Shown: positions 1-11,331 of the stretch, piece after piece
Layout: every line of letters starts with the position of its first letter
Numbering within the stretch: position 1 is the stretch's first letter
Source: Eledone cirrhosa
Lineage: Eukaryota
Assembly: GCA_964016885.1 (NCBI GenBank)
Contig: OZ024743.1
Coordinates: forward strand, 327,608,001-327,672,000
DNA length: 64,000 nucleotides
Direction: 5' to 3'
Made by a program: the position numbers and the translations under genes
The notes under the pieces: generated by a model
Databases searched by the model: none
Told to the model about the DNA's origin: nothing
What the model saw: the letters and a program-made list of their open reading frames with translations, nothing else

Positions 1-1030
1 ATTATATGCTGTTCATAATTCCAGACAGGATTTGACCTTGAAACACACAGAACAGGAACAGATATCACAAAGTATCTTGTTTAATGCTTTTAACAGTTGT
101 GCCAGTCCACCACCCATGAACTAATATTTTATTTATTGACCACAAAAGGATGAAAAACAGAATTTACTTTGGTGGGATTTGAATTCAAAGTACAGAGGAC
201 CTGAACTAAATACTAAGGAATTAAATCGATGTTTTAATGATTCCATTGTTTCAATGTAAAGAGACATAACTACCATATTTCCTGACATCAAAGATGATCT
301 GACATTGTAAATACACACCCATTGTGAGTTGGTAAATTTTGAAAAAAAATCAAGTGGAATTTTGATTCATCTGTATACAGTTTGTAAAGTAGAGTAATAG
401 ATTGGTGAATAAATAGATAGAGAGTGTGTGAGATGAGACGTTTACTCTTTTGTAGTAGTCACAAGAATTTCAACAAATGTGTTTATTTCATAACTTTTAA
501 TAATGAAACTTATCAAGAAATTTAAGTAGGAATTCAAGTTAAAGTTTTGCATGAGACCCTAGGACAGATTATTCTGTTGTTTTGAAAAGAAGAGATGGTG
601 CGGTAAGGTATACTTTTAATATATGTATGTTTGAAGAAGTATCATTATTCACTCTATGTGAATTCGAGTTTCAGTTAGTTTTTTTGGCTGCTACATTTTT
701 AAGTTAACATGGTGCTGGGATAATAAAATACAAAAGCACTAAAAATGCAGAAAACAATAATACACTTATGTACGAATTAAGAAGTGCACTGGTAGAAGCT
801 GACTGAACAGCCCCCAAAAATTATAGGTCAGTGTGGGAAATTCTGCAACGATTTTAATTTTTAAAAAAAGATGTAACATAAAAATAAAACTTGCACCTAA
901 TGCGACTTCTGGCCTTCAAGATACAAGAGTAAATTTTCTAGATATTTATTGAAAACAAATAGTAAGATCCTTGACACTGAAGAATATGGCAATGTTATTT
1001 GTTTTGAGTTTCTTCTGTTATCTGTTTCAG

Positions 1031-1353
1031 TAGCCTCTATGTCAATGGTAATGATCTCCAGAGTGAAGGTATATTGGCAATGATTAAATCGTCTGCAACT
1101 TATGCTGAAATAAGCCTTCAAGTGAAAATGTTGTCTCAGAAAAGTAAAGTTGTGAAACCTGTGAGTACTACAAAAACTGTGAATATTATAAAAACTGAAG
1201 GTACGGTAAATACTGTAAATACCGAGAATACTGTAAATACCGAGAATACTGTAAATACCGAGAATACTGTAAATACCGAGAATACTGTAAATACCGAGAA
1301 TACTGTAAATACCAAGAATACTGTAAATACCGAGAAGACAACTACAAAGAAAG
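1031..1353 (+). CDS. Internal exon of an LRR-containing protein (RI/NLRC3-like LRRs); gene starts upstream of the window
   Basis: Acceptor tctgtttcag|, donor G|gtgag. Reads SLYVNGNDLQSEGILAMIKSSATYAE...(NTVNTE)n...KTTTKK, which matches the LRR LxLxxNxLxxxG pattern. Phase fits the next exon. Confidence 0.75.
1209..1334 (+). repeat. Coding minisatellite, 7 x 18 bp (aatactgtaaataccgag)
   Basis: Counted directly; one unit has gag>aag. Encodes NTVNTE inside the LRR exon. Confidence 0.95.
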
Positions 1354-1434
1354 GTGAGATATTTTCTTTTTGTTTATCTGACCCCAATCCATACTGGAAA
1401 GTGGTAGTGCTGGTTCCAAGATAAACTACATCCA

Positions 1435-4000
1435 AAAGATCTGGAAGCTGAAAGACCCCTCAACCAGTATCAGATTTAAAGATATTTTACTCAACGCCTA
1501 CGACAGTAAAGAAGAACAGATAGAGACATTCAATGTAGAAGAGAACTGGGAGTTCCTAAAAAATAACTTACTAGAGGCGACGGATGAGGTCTGTGGCTGG
1601 AGTAAGACCACAAGCAGGAGGAGAGTGACTTGGTGGTGGAACAATAAGGTAGATGAGGCAGTTAAGGCCAAGAGACAGGCATGGAAAGAATGGAAGAACG
1701 GGGGGAGCAGGGTATATTACATAGAGACCAAGAGGGAAGCTAGGCGACAAGTATACTTAGCTAGGGGAAAAGCAGAGGATAAAAAATTCAAGCATGTTTT
1801 GCAACGTGAGGACCAGAAACAGGAGGTGTTCAAGATTGCGAGGCAGTGTGTCAGAGAGAATTGTGATGTCATTGGAGAGAAGTGTATCCGGAATGATAAA
1901 GGTGAGCTTGCCCTCACAAGTGCTGAGAAGAAAGATGCATGGAAGAGTCATTACGATAGATTACTAAATGAGGAGAATGCATGGAAAGAAGAGACCCTAC
2001 CCCAAGTAGACCCTATAGAGGGGCCAGCAGTACAAGTCAGCAGCAGCATAGTAAGTAAGGCAATCAAAGATATGAAGATGGGGAAGGCAACCGGTCCATC
2101 GGGTATAGCTGCCGAGATGCTGAAGGCATCTGGGTCTGTAGGTCACACTATAACCACACGTATTGTTAACCAGGTAATACTAGAAGGTGTCATACCAAAA
2201 GATTGGTGCAGTAGCATCATTGTCAACTGCTACAAAGGTAAAGGTGATGCACTAGATAGAGGAAACTATAGAGGTATAAAACTGATGGACCAGGTCATGA
2301 AAGTAACAGAAAGAGTTATAGCACAGTTGATTAGGGACCGGGTGAAACTAGACGAGATGCAATTTGGGTTTGTACCAGGAAGAGGCACCACTGATGCCCT
2401 CTTCCTTGTCAGGCAGTTACAGGAAAAGTACCTAGCTAAAAGTAAGCCACTCTACCTGGCATTTGTCGACCTTGAGAAAGCCTTTGACAGAGTTCCACAT
2501 GCTGTAATCTGGTGGGCTCTTAGAAAACTAGGAGTAGATGAATGGCTTGTGAAAACGGTAGAAGCCATGTATAGGGGAGCAGTCAGCAAAGTTAGGATTA
2601 GCAATGAGTATAGCGAGGAATTTAGCGTACAGGTTGGGGTCCACCAGGGCTCTGTTCTTAGCCCCCTCCTATTCATCATAGTCCTGCAGGCAATAACGGA
2701 GGAGTTTAAGACCGGATGCCCAAGGGAACTCCTGTATGCTACTGACCTCGCACTCATAGCTGAATCTATGGTAGAATTAGAGAAGAAATTCCAAACTTGG
2801 AAGCAGGGACTAGAAAGAAAGGGTCTCAAAGTCAACATGACAAAGACTAAGGTCCTTGTAAGTAGACAAGAAAACAGAACCCAGATCCCCTCAGGGAAAT
2901 GGCCTTGCTCGGTATGTAGGAAAGGTGTAGGTAGGAACTCCATTCTCTGCCCCAAATGCAAACAATGGGTACACAAGAGATGTAGCGGGATATCAGGAAG
3001 CTTAATTAAGAATGTAGGCATCACATGCAGCAGCTGTGCTGGAACAGCAAGCAGCAAACAGCCACAGGAAACAAGACCACCAATCTCTGGGAGGGCTCTG
3101 TAGAAACAGTAGACAGCTTCTGCTACCTAGGTGACCGAATTAGCAGCGGAAGTGGGTGTTCAGAAAATACAATAACTAGGGTAAGAACGGGATGGAAGAA
3201 GTTTAGGGAACTACTACCACTGCTAGCTGCAAAAGGCTTCTCCCTCAAAATGAAAGGCAGACTGTATGATGCGTGTATCCGAACAGCGATGTTGCATGGT
3301 AGTGAGACCTGGGCGCTGAAGGTGGAAGACTTACGTAGATTAGAGAGAAACGAAGCCTGCATGCTCCGATGGATGTGTAATAGTAATATACGCGAACGAC
3401 AAAGCATAAATGAATTGAGAGAGAGACTGAGCATAAGAGGAATCAAATGCTGTGTGCAGGAGAGGCGGTTGCGTTGGTATGGACATGTGATGCGTATGAA
3501 GGATGACAGCTGCATAAAAAGGTGCAGAGCACTAGAAGTCGATGGAAACCGTGGAGTGGGGAGACCCAAGATGACCTGTGATGAGGTGATAAAAGCCGAC
3601 CTTACCCAATTACACGTCTCAAAGGCGATGACACACGACCGTGACCTCTGGCGTCATGCAGTAATACAGAGTACCCGACCTCCCATGGGTACAAGCTGAA
3701 GCATATAGACAATATGCCCCCACACCCCCCACTGCAAGGTGGTCGTGGAGGTGCCACGGCAAAAAAGCACCCAGCCCACACTGTAAAGTGGACGTGTAGG
3801 CGCCACGAAAAAGCACCCAGCACTCACTGTAAATGAGGTTGGTGTTAGGAAGGGCATCCAGCTGTAGAAATCAAGCCAAATCAGTTCCTGTATGAGCAAA
3901 GCATGGTCAGCCGACCAGACACTGCCCACAACAGGACAACCCGTCTAACCCATGCTAGCGTGGAAGAATGGACGTAAAACGGTGATGATGATGATGATGA
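1435..4000 (+). mobile_element. RTE-clade LINE, 5'-truncated (RT with PHD insert and 3' UTR)
   Basis: ORFs 1625-3103 and 3025-3699 are joined by one frameshift. RT motifs NYRGIKL, QFGF, FVDLEKAFD, GVHQGS, YATD (mutated YADD), LRWYGHV. Ends in a (gat)n tail. Confidence 0.95.
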
Positions 4001-4560
4001 ATTCATAGTGGAAAGTGGTTGTGCTGGTTCCATGATAAACTGCACCCAGTCCATTCTGTAAACTGGTAGTACTGGTTCCTTGATAAACTGCACCCAGTTA
4101 ATACTGGAAGTAGTAGTGCTGGTTTCACAATTAACTGCATCCAGTCAATTATGTAAAGTGATTCTGCTGGTTTTATGATGAAATGCACCATGCCCATGCT
4201 GTAAAGTGATAGTGCTGGTTCCACGATAAAATGTACCCACTATACTCTGTAAAGTGGTATAGCTGATGCCACAATAAAATGCATCCAGCTCACACTGTAC
4301 AGTGTTAGTGCTAGTTACATGGTAAACTGCACCCAGTCAATACTGGAAAGTGGTAGTGATGTTGTCATGATAAAATGCACTCAGTATACACTGTAAAGTG
4401 GTTAACATTAGATAGGACATCAAGCTGTAGAAACGATGCCAAAATAGAATGTATGAGCAAGACGTGTTTATCTGGCCTCTCTAATTTCAGAATGTGATGA
4501 CCTGTCCAACCCATGCCAAAAAAATGGACATGAAACGGTGATAATGATGATGTTGATTGT
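4001..4560 (+). repeat. Approx. 39-bp minisatellite array plus an old RTE-type 3' tail
   Basis: About 10 diverged units of aaagtggtagtgctggttccatgataaaatgcacccagt..., continuing the unit at 1385-1434. Similar arrays lie at 22435-22590 and, inverted, at 4915-5195 and 57340-57450. Confidence 0.8.
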
Positions 4561-4721
4561 TACAGCTCAGAATATCTTTAGATGGTATAGCAAGGGTCAC
4601 AACCCCTAATTAATTATGACCCTCACAACATCAAGTCTTCTACAGTCTTCTTAATATTTGAAATATGCCCATATGTTTTCTGTTCAGAATCTGATAACTA
4701 CTTTCAAGTTTATATTTTCAG

Positions 4722-4766
4722 CTGCTGCTTCTAAACACGGCAAAACTGTCAAAAAGAAGAAAAATG
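4722..4766 (+). CDS. LRR gene exon (45 nt, Lys-rich linker)
   Basis: ttttcag| ... G|gtat, phase 1-1. Reads AAASKHGKTVKKKKN, in frame with the flanking exons. Confidence 0.6.
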
Positions 4767-5327
4767 GTATTTATTAAGTTGTATCATCATTATCACCATC
4801 ATCGATTAACATCTATCTTCCACATTAGCATGGGTTAGACGGGTTTGTCGGATTTAGAAGCAAGTTGGGTCAGGTGACCATGTCTCACCCATATAAGAGT
4901 GTTGGCTGGTTTTCTACGGCTGGCTGCCCTTTCTAACGCCAACCGCATTGACAGTGTGTGCTGGGTGCTTTTTGCCGTGTCTTTTACACGTCCACTTTAC
5001 AGTGTGGGCTGGGTGTTTTGGGGTTGGTTTTTCTACGGCTGGATGCCCTTCCTAACACCAACCACATTGACAGTGTGTGTTTGGTGCTTTTTGCTGTGTC
5101 TTTTACATGTCCACTTTACAGTGTTGGCTGGGTGCTTTTTGTCGTGACACCTACACGATCACTTTAAAGTGTCGGTTGGATGTTTTGTGACACCAGCATA
5201 ATATATATATATATATACATGCACATATCATGATAATGATATACACATATATATATATTTGCATGCTTATACATATACCATATATGTGTTATACATACAC
5301 ACTTTATATATATACACACATAAATAT

Positions 5328-7075
5328 ATCATCATCCTTGCCGATTAGCGTCCATTATTCATGGGTAGGACGGATTGACCCTTGTTTAGCTCACTCGGGG
5401 CAGATTTTGACTTGGTTTCTAGAGCTGGGTGCCCTTCCTACTGCCAACCACATTTACAGTGAGTGCTGAGTGCTTTTTGTTGTGTTACCTACAGGACCAC
5501 ATTACAGTGTGGACTATGCACCTTTGTGATGTCACCGACACAACCACTTTACTGGACACTTTTGTCTTGGGACTAGGGAGGTGGGAGGAAGCTTGGGGAA
5601 AATGTGGACAGGGTTGTAGAGGATGTATGGTTACCGCTAAGGGAAGTGAGTGAGAGGGGATAGAAGGTTGAGGAAGGTGTTGCCTACTAGGTGTAAGCCT
5701 CAGCCTGAGAGGGCGGGTCTTTATTAAAACTGCATAGTGCCAGAAGTCGCGGTCCTGTGTCATTGCCTTTGAGAAGTGTAATTGTGCAAGGCCAGCTTTT
5801 ATTACCTCATCCCAAGTCTTCCTAAGCCTGCCCATACCATGGCTACCATTGACTTTGAGCACTTTGCACCTTATTACACAGTTGTCTCCTTCATACGCAT
5901 GACATGTCCACACCAATGCAATCTCCTCTGCTGCATGCAACAACTGATCCCTGTTATGCCTAATTTCTCATGCAGTATATTTATACTTTGCTGTTCTCGT
6001 ATTTTGCTATTGCACATCCAGCAAAGTATGGAGGCTTCATTTCTTTCCAATCTTCACAGGTCTTCTGCACACAGTGCCCAGGTCTCGTTGCTGTGCAACC
6101 TTGTTGTTCATATACATGCATCATACAGTCTGTCTTTCATTTTAAGGGAAAAACCTTTTGTAGTTATTAACGGTAGTAGCTCCCTGAATTTTTTCAAACC
6201 CGATCTCACTCTAGTTACTGTGCTTTCAGAACACCCTCCCCCACTACTGATTTGGCCACCCAGGTAACGGAAACTATCTACCACTTCAACTGAGCCCTCT
6301 GAGAATTTGAAAGTAGTTGTATTCTGAGGGTTCTTGCTATTTACTGCTCCTGTGCACCTGCCACAAGTAAAACCTACATTCTTTGTTAGCCTGTCTGAGA
6401 TCCCACTACATCTGTTGTGTACCCATTGCTTGCATTTGGTACATAGAATGGAATTTCTACAACTCCTTTTCTGCACACTGAGCAGGGTCATTTCCCAGAG
6501 GAGATCTGGGCCCTGTTATCCTTACTACTTACTAGGACTTTAGTCTTTGCCAGGTTGATTTTAAGACCTTTAGATTCTAGGACTTGCTTCCAGGTTTGGA
6601 ATTTCATCTCTAGTTCAGCTATAAGGGTTAGGTCATCAGCATACAGAAGTTCCCATGAGCAGCCGGTCTTAAACTCCTCCATTATTGCCTACAGAACAAT
6701 AATAAACAGAAGAGGGCTAAGAACAGAGCCCTGATGGACACCAACCTGCACACTAAATTCTTCACTATAGTCATTATTAATTCTAACTTTACTGGCTGTT
6801 CTTCTAAACATTGCTTGAATTGCCCTCACAAGCCATTCATCAACTCCTAGTTTCCTAAGAGCCCATCAGATAATGGAACGTGAGACTCTGTCAAAACCTT
6901 TCTCAAGGTCGACAAAAGCCAGGTAGAGAGGCTTACTCTTAGCTAGGTACTGCAGTGGTCTTACAAGAAAGAGGGCATCTGTGGTAATCTTGCCTGGGAC
7001 AAATCCAAACTGCATCTCATCTATGTTAACACGTTTTCTAGTCAGCTGAGCTAAGACTCTTTCAGTGACCTTCAT
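5328..7075 (-). mobile_element. RTE LINE, 3' half (degenerate), interrupted by the CR1 insertion
   Basis: Broken ORFs 6866-7075, 6488-6682 (YADD), 6108-6491 and 5485-5943 are homologous to the 1625-3699 copy. Confidence 0.9.
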
Positions 7076-7135
7076 TGACTCTTTCAGTGACTCTTTCAGT
7101 GACCTATATTGTTTACATTCTGTGTTTTTCTACGG

Positions 7136-8509
7136 ATGGGTAGAAATAACAAAATTGCCATGGTGATATCCATCGATGAAATATGCGACAAAACCGGCCG
7201 ATGTCCCAAGATAGAACATTGCCCAGAAAATCACATCTGCCATATCTGTGCGGAACCCGAAAACTTGTTCCGTAATCGCTGGGTCGAATGTGGAACCTGT
7301 CGCATCTCTGTCTGCCTTCAATGCGCCACAGGCTTCCGGAGGATCCCAGGCCAAAAAAAGAGACATCATAATGCTATGATGGATGGAATATGGGAGATGG
7401 TCCAGCTAAAATCCTGGTCCTTTCAGTGTCTGGCCTGTGTGCCTGCCTCCACGAATGTTATTAATGTTATTGAAAAACAACAACAACAACAAAAACCAAT
7501 GACTGTGTCTTCCTCTACCATTGTTACTGAACAACGGTAAAAACCTATGACACTGGCTTCTACTGTTATTCCTGTGGGAGAACATCAGAAACAACAACAA
7601 CCCATGTCTTCCACTCCCAGTACATCTCGACACCAACAACTGGTGACTGTGTCTTCCCCTACCATTCCCGTGGAGGAACATCATCATCACCAACAACAAC
7701 AACAGCAACAACCTGCGACTGTGTCCTCCCCTGCCATTCCCGTGGAGGAACATCATCATCACCAACAACAACAACAGCAACAACCTGCGACTGTGTCCTC
7801 CCCTGCCATTCCCGTGGAGGAACATCATCATCACCAACAACGACAGCAGCAGCAGCAACAACAACAACAACAACAACCGACTAGTACAGATTTTGCGGAA
7901 CTGCAACTAATGATTTCTGCTCTGAGAAGGGAAGTTGCAGGAATAGAAGCAAGCATTCGGGTAGGACCCCACAATGAGGGGTCTTATCGGAATGCCTTGC
8001 TAAAGAATCTCCCTGTACCTCTTGCTGGAAAGACTGAAAAGACTGCGGAATCTGCTACCCATGAAGTGATTGCCATTGGGGTACCAGAGGACAAGGCTGA
8101 TCTTCAGGCATTTGCTGCCAGCTCAGCCAAAGACCTAGGCTGTGTTCCCCCAAAGGGTGCCCTCCGCCTTGGTCGACCTGGTCCAAAACCCAGACTCATC
8201 AGGCTGTCTTTCTCGGACCCCGCAGAGGCAACCTCATATCATCTGGCCTCTGCTAAAGCTGGGCGTGAAAATCGGATTACCTTCCGAACACGCCCAGGCC
8301 TACCACCCCATGTACGTCCAAAACTACGTGCTGCAGCTTCCTTGAATCGGAACTCAGCACAAGATGAAAGTTTCAGTCTGCGTGATGATGGGCAGATCTG
8401 GAGGTTTGTCAAGGCTGGTGAAACGTGGAAGAGAGATACCAGCTGGTCTGAGTGTGATCTACCCACAATAACTGGCAATGTAAAAACTGCTACAACTCTG
8501 GGAAACTAA
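7136..8509 (+). CDS. LINE ORF1: PHD-like Cys finger, H/Q repeats, coiled coil and RRM-like region; in-frame TAA at 7538-7540
   Basis: ORFs 7109-7540 and 7547-8509 are in the same frame. Motifs CHIC...WVECGTC...CLQC...WSFQCLAC and IAIGVPE...RLGRPGPKPRLIRLSF, typical of CR1/L2 ORF1. Confidence 0.8.
7645..7878 (+). repeat. 72-bp tandem repeat (TVSSPAIPVEEHHHHQQQQQQQPA) x3 plus polyQ
   Basis: Units start at 7645, 7717 and 7789. Confidence 0.9.
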
Positions 8510-8565
8510 ACCAGAACAACCTGCCACCCTCTACACACCATCATAAACTGCGAGCAGGGTACAAA

Positions 8566-11331
8566 TTGTTGTCCTTAAATGCTCGCAGTTTATGCAACAA
8601 GATACATCTGTTCGAATCCTACGTCAGAAGCATCGACCCTGACTTCATCACAGTCACGGAAACATGGGCACATTCCTTACTCTGTGATGGGGTTTTCACC
8701 ATTACTGGGTACAACCTTTTCCGCAAGGACCGCATTAACCGCCGTGGTGGTGGTGTGATGGTCTACGTTCGTTCAAACTTTTCGGTAATTCCTTGCGTTG
8801 ATTTGAACGAATCACAGGAAGAAGTTTTTTTCTGTGACATACGTATGACCATGTCAACACTTCTGCTTGGTGTTGTTTATCGCCCCCCAAACTACCATCA
8901 GGACACACAGCTTTGCGATATCCTCAGAGTTGCTGCCAAGAAAACAGCCACTTATGTGTTTATTGCAGGTGACTTCAATCATCCTGAGATCGATTGGGAA
9001 ACCTTTCATTGGCCACAGGGTGCAAACGATTTCCTTGAACTAGTGCTGGACTCAAACTGGTCACAAGTAGTCACCTCTCCAACAAGAGGTGACAACACTT
9101 TGGACCTGATCTTCACCACTACTCCTGAAGTGGTTATCAGTTGTACTACTGAGGAACCTCTAGGCGACTCTGATCATGCTATGATCATTGCCAATCTGGC
9201 ACTTGAGGGCAGCAACAAAAACCAGGGCCATCTCCAATCTGCTTGCTTTGATTGGAAGAGGGCGGATTGGAACTTGTACTGCACTGAGCTACAGCGCCCA
9301 AACTGGCATGAGATGTATAACTCTGGAGATGTGAACTCTATACTCCAGAGCATCCTGGACTCAATATGGATAGCGTGTGCAGCATCAATGCCACGGAAGC
9401 GGAAAAATAACCACCCCAAAAGTGCAATCTGGGAAACTTCAGCGGTCCGACTTGCCAGGAAAGAACGTCGGAACGCTGAACGGGAATATAAACTGCATAG
9501 ATCAGATGCCAACAGAAAAAAGCGGAATAAATCTTCTAACCATCTCAAGCAAGTGACAAAGAAGGCAGTGCTTGAATTTGAACAGTGCATCGCAACCAAT
9601 CCTGACAGTAAGGTGTTCTGGAAATATGTTCATTCAAAGCAGAGACCTCACTCTCCAGTTGGTCCTCTTCGCAATCCCCACACAAGCCAGATCACTGACG
9701 ATCCCAAGGAATGCGCAGAACTCATTGCTGAGTGCTATGCAAGTATTTTTACTGTTGAAAACCAGAATGTACCATCTCCACCATCTCTAACATCAAATTC
9801 CATAACAACTATGGAATTTACACCTGCAATGTTGCGACGTCACCTTAAGAATAAGCGCAACTATGTCTCCCCTGGTCTTGATGGTGTGACATACCTGCTT
9901 CTCAAACGTGGCGGGGATTTCCTTTTGCGCCAGCTTTCTTTTTTCTTTCAATACTGTCTCAGCAATGGTGCTACTCCGGAGCAGTGGAAAACTGCCAGTG
10001 TCATTCCCCTGTTCAAAAAGGGCAACCGCATGTCACCTGTCAACTATCGTCCAGTTAGTCTTACTAGCTGTATGGCCAAACTGATGGAATCCTGTGTCAG
10101 AGAAACACTTTGGAACTTCTGGAGCTCTCACAGCCTCATCCGGCCCTCACAGTTTGGATTTATCCCTAACTCCAGCTGCTGTGATCAGCTTATCGAGTTC
10201 CTTGAGGACATCACCCGGATCACTGACAGCGGCTCATGGGTGGATGTTGTTTACCTTGACTTTGCTAAGGCTTTTAATTCTGTGCCACACAAAAGACTTA
10301 TGGCAAAACTCTCTGCAATGGGTGTGAGGGATGATCTTTTCGACTGGCTGAAATCCTTCATTCTCAGCCGAAAGGAAGTAGTCACGGTTCTAGGACAGCA
10401 TTCTTCACCATATGAGATGTCATCTGGTGTACCACAGGGATCTGTTCTTGGTCCTCTTTTGTTTGTGACATATATTAATGACATAGATGCCAACTTACAG
10501 AATGCCACGGTACTAAAATATGCAGATGACATCAAGCTGTACCTTGAAATCAAAAGGACTGATCCTGAAATTTACAACTCTTTCCTACAATCAGACCTGG
10601 ACACAATGCAGCAATGGATCACAGACTGGCAACTGAAGCTGGCTGTGGACAAGTGTACCACCATGCATTTTGGAAGGAGAAATCCAGCGTCCACATACTC
10701 CCTCCACAACACTAACATCAAAAAGTCCTCTTGTGAACGTGACCTGGGCATTACTGTCAGCAACGATTTGCGTTGGACAAAGCATGTCTCTAAGATTGTC
10801 AAGAAGGCCGAGGGTGTCTTGGCATCACTCAGCAAGACCTTTGTTAGCCGCTCTCCAGCCATCTATTTAAAACTGTATACAGCTATGGTGCGACTACACT
10901 TGGAATTCGCATCATCAGTCTGGAACCCCTATCTTGCTCGGAACATTGACCTCCTGGAAACTGTTCAGAGACGTGCAACCAAGCGCATACCCTCCATCAG
11001 ACACCTACCATACTCTGAACGCCTTACTTCCCTGGGCATGGATTCATTGAAGCTCCGACGTCTGGCAATGGACTTGGTGAATACCCACAAAGTTTTTAAC
11101 CATCTCGCCAACTGCAACCCAGAGCGCCTCTTTGATCTCCATGTGTCTAACACACGTGGACATGCCTACAAGATAAGAAAACAGCACAGCTCCCATGACT
11201 TTCGCAGACATTTTTTCACGCTCAGAGTTGCTGAAGCATGGAACAAACTGCCTGCGTCAATTGTTAGCTGCCGAGACACTGCATCCTTTAAGACACTCAT
11301 GCTTCCCGAAATACGCCAAAACTACACCTGA
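8566..11331 (+). CDS. LINE ORF2: AP endonuclease plus reverse transcriptase (uninterrupted)
   Basis: EN motifs NARS, ETW, YRPP, GDFN, LDL, SDH. RT motifs NYRPVSL, QFGF, YLDFAKAF, GVPQGS, YADD, RDLG. CR1-type C-terminus TRGH...FF..RV...WN.LP. The frame is open from 8458 with no ATG. Confidence 0.95.
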   Translation: MLSLNARSLCNKIHLFESYVRSIDPDFITVTETWAHSLLCDGVFTITGYNLFRKDRINRRGGGVMVYVRSNFSVIPCVDLNESQEEVFFCDIRMTMSTLLLGVVYRPPNYHQDTQLCDILRVAAKKTATYVFIAGDFNHPEIDWETFHWPQGANDFLELVLDSNWSQVVTSPTRGDNTLDLIFTTTPEVVISCTTEEPLGDSDHAMIIANLALEGSNKNQGHLQSACFDWKRADWNLYCTELQRPNWHEMYNSGDVNSILQSILDSIWIACAASMPRKRKNNHPKSAIWETSAVRLARKERRNAEREYKLHRSDANRKKRNKSSNHLKQVTKKAVLEFEQCIATNPDSKVFWKYVHSKQRPHSPVGPLRNPHTSQITDDPKECAELIAECYASIFTVENQNVPSPPSLTSNSITTMEFTPAMLRRHLKNKRNYVSPGLDGVTYLLLKRGGDFLLRQLSFFFQYCLSNGATPEQWKTASVIPLFKKGNRMSPVNYRPVSLTSCMAKLMESCVRETLWNFWSSHSLIRPSQFGFIPNSSCCDQLIEFLEDITRITDSGSWVDVVYLDFAKAFNSVPHKRLMAKLSAMGVRDDLFDWLKSFILSRKEVVTVLGQHSSPYEMSSGVPQGSVLGPLLFVTYINDIDANLQNATVLKYADDIKLYLEIKRTDPEIYNSFLQSDLDTMQQWITDWQLKLAVDKCTTMHFGRRNPASTYSLHNTNIKKSSCERDLGITVSNDLRWTKHVSKIVKKAEGVLASLSKTFVSRSPAIYLKLYTAMVRLHLEFASSVWNPYLARNIDLLETVQRRATKRIPSIRHLPYSERLTSLGMDSLKLRRLAMDLVNTHKVFNHLANCNPERLFDLHVSNTRGHAYKIRKQHSSHDFRRHFFTLRVAEAWNKLPASIVSCRDTASFKTLMLPEIRQNYT

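Noticed and set aside
1136-1435. Hydrophobic antisense ORFs (also 7406-7906) as membrane proteins
   Set aside because: They are reverse-strand shadows of coding repeats.
4001-4400. Regular approx. 39-bp repeats resembling a CRISPR array
   Set aside because: The units are contiguous and degenerate with no unique spacers. There are no cas genes, and the context is a eukaryotic intron.
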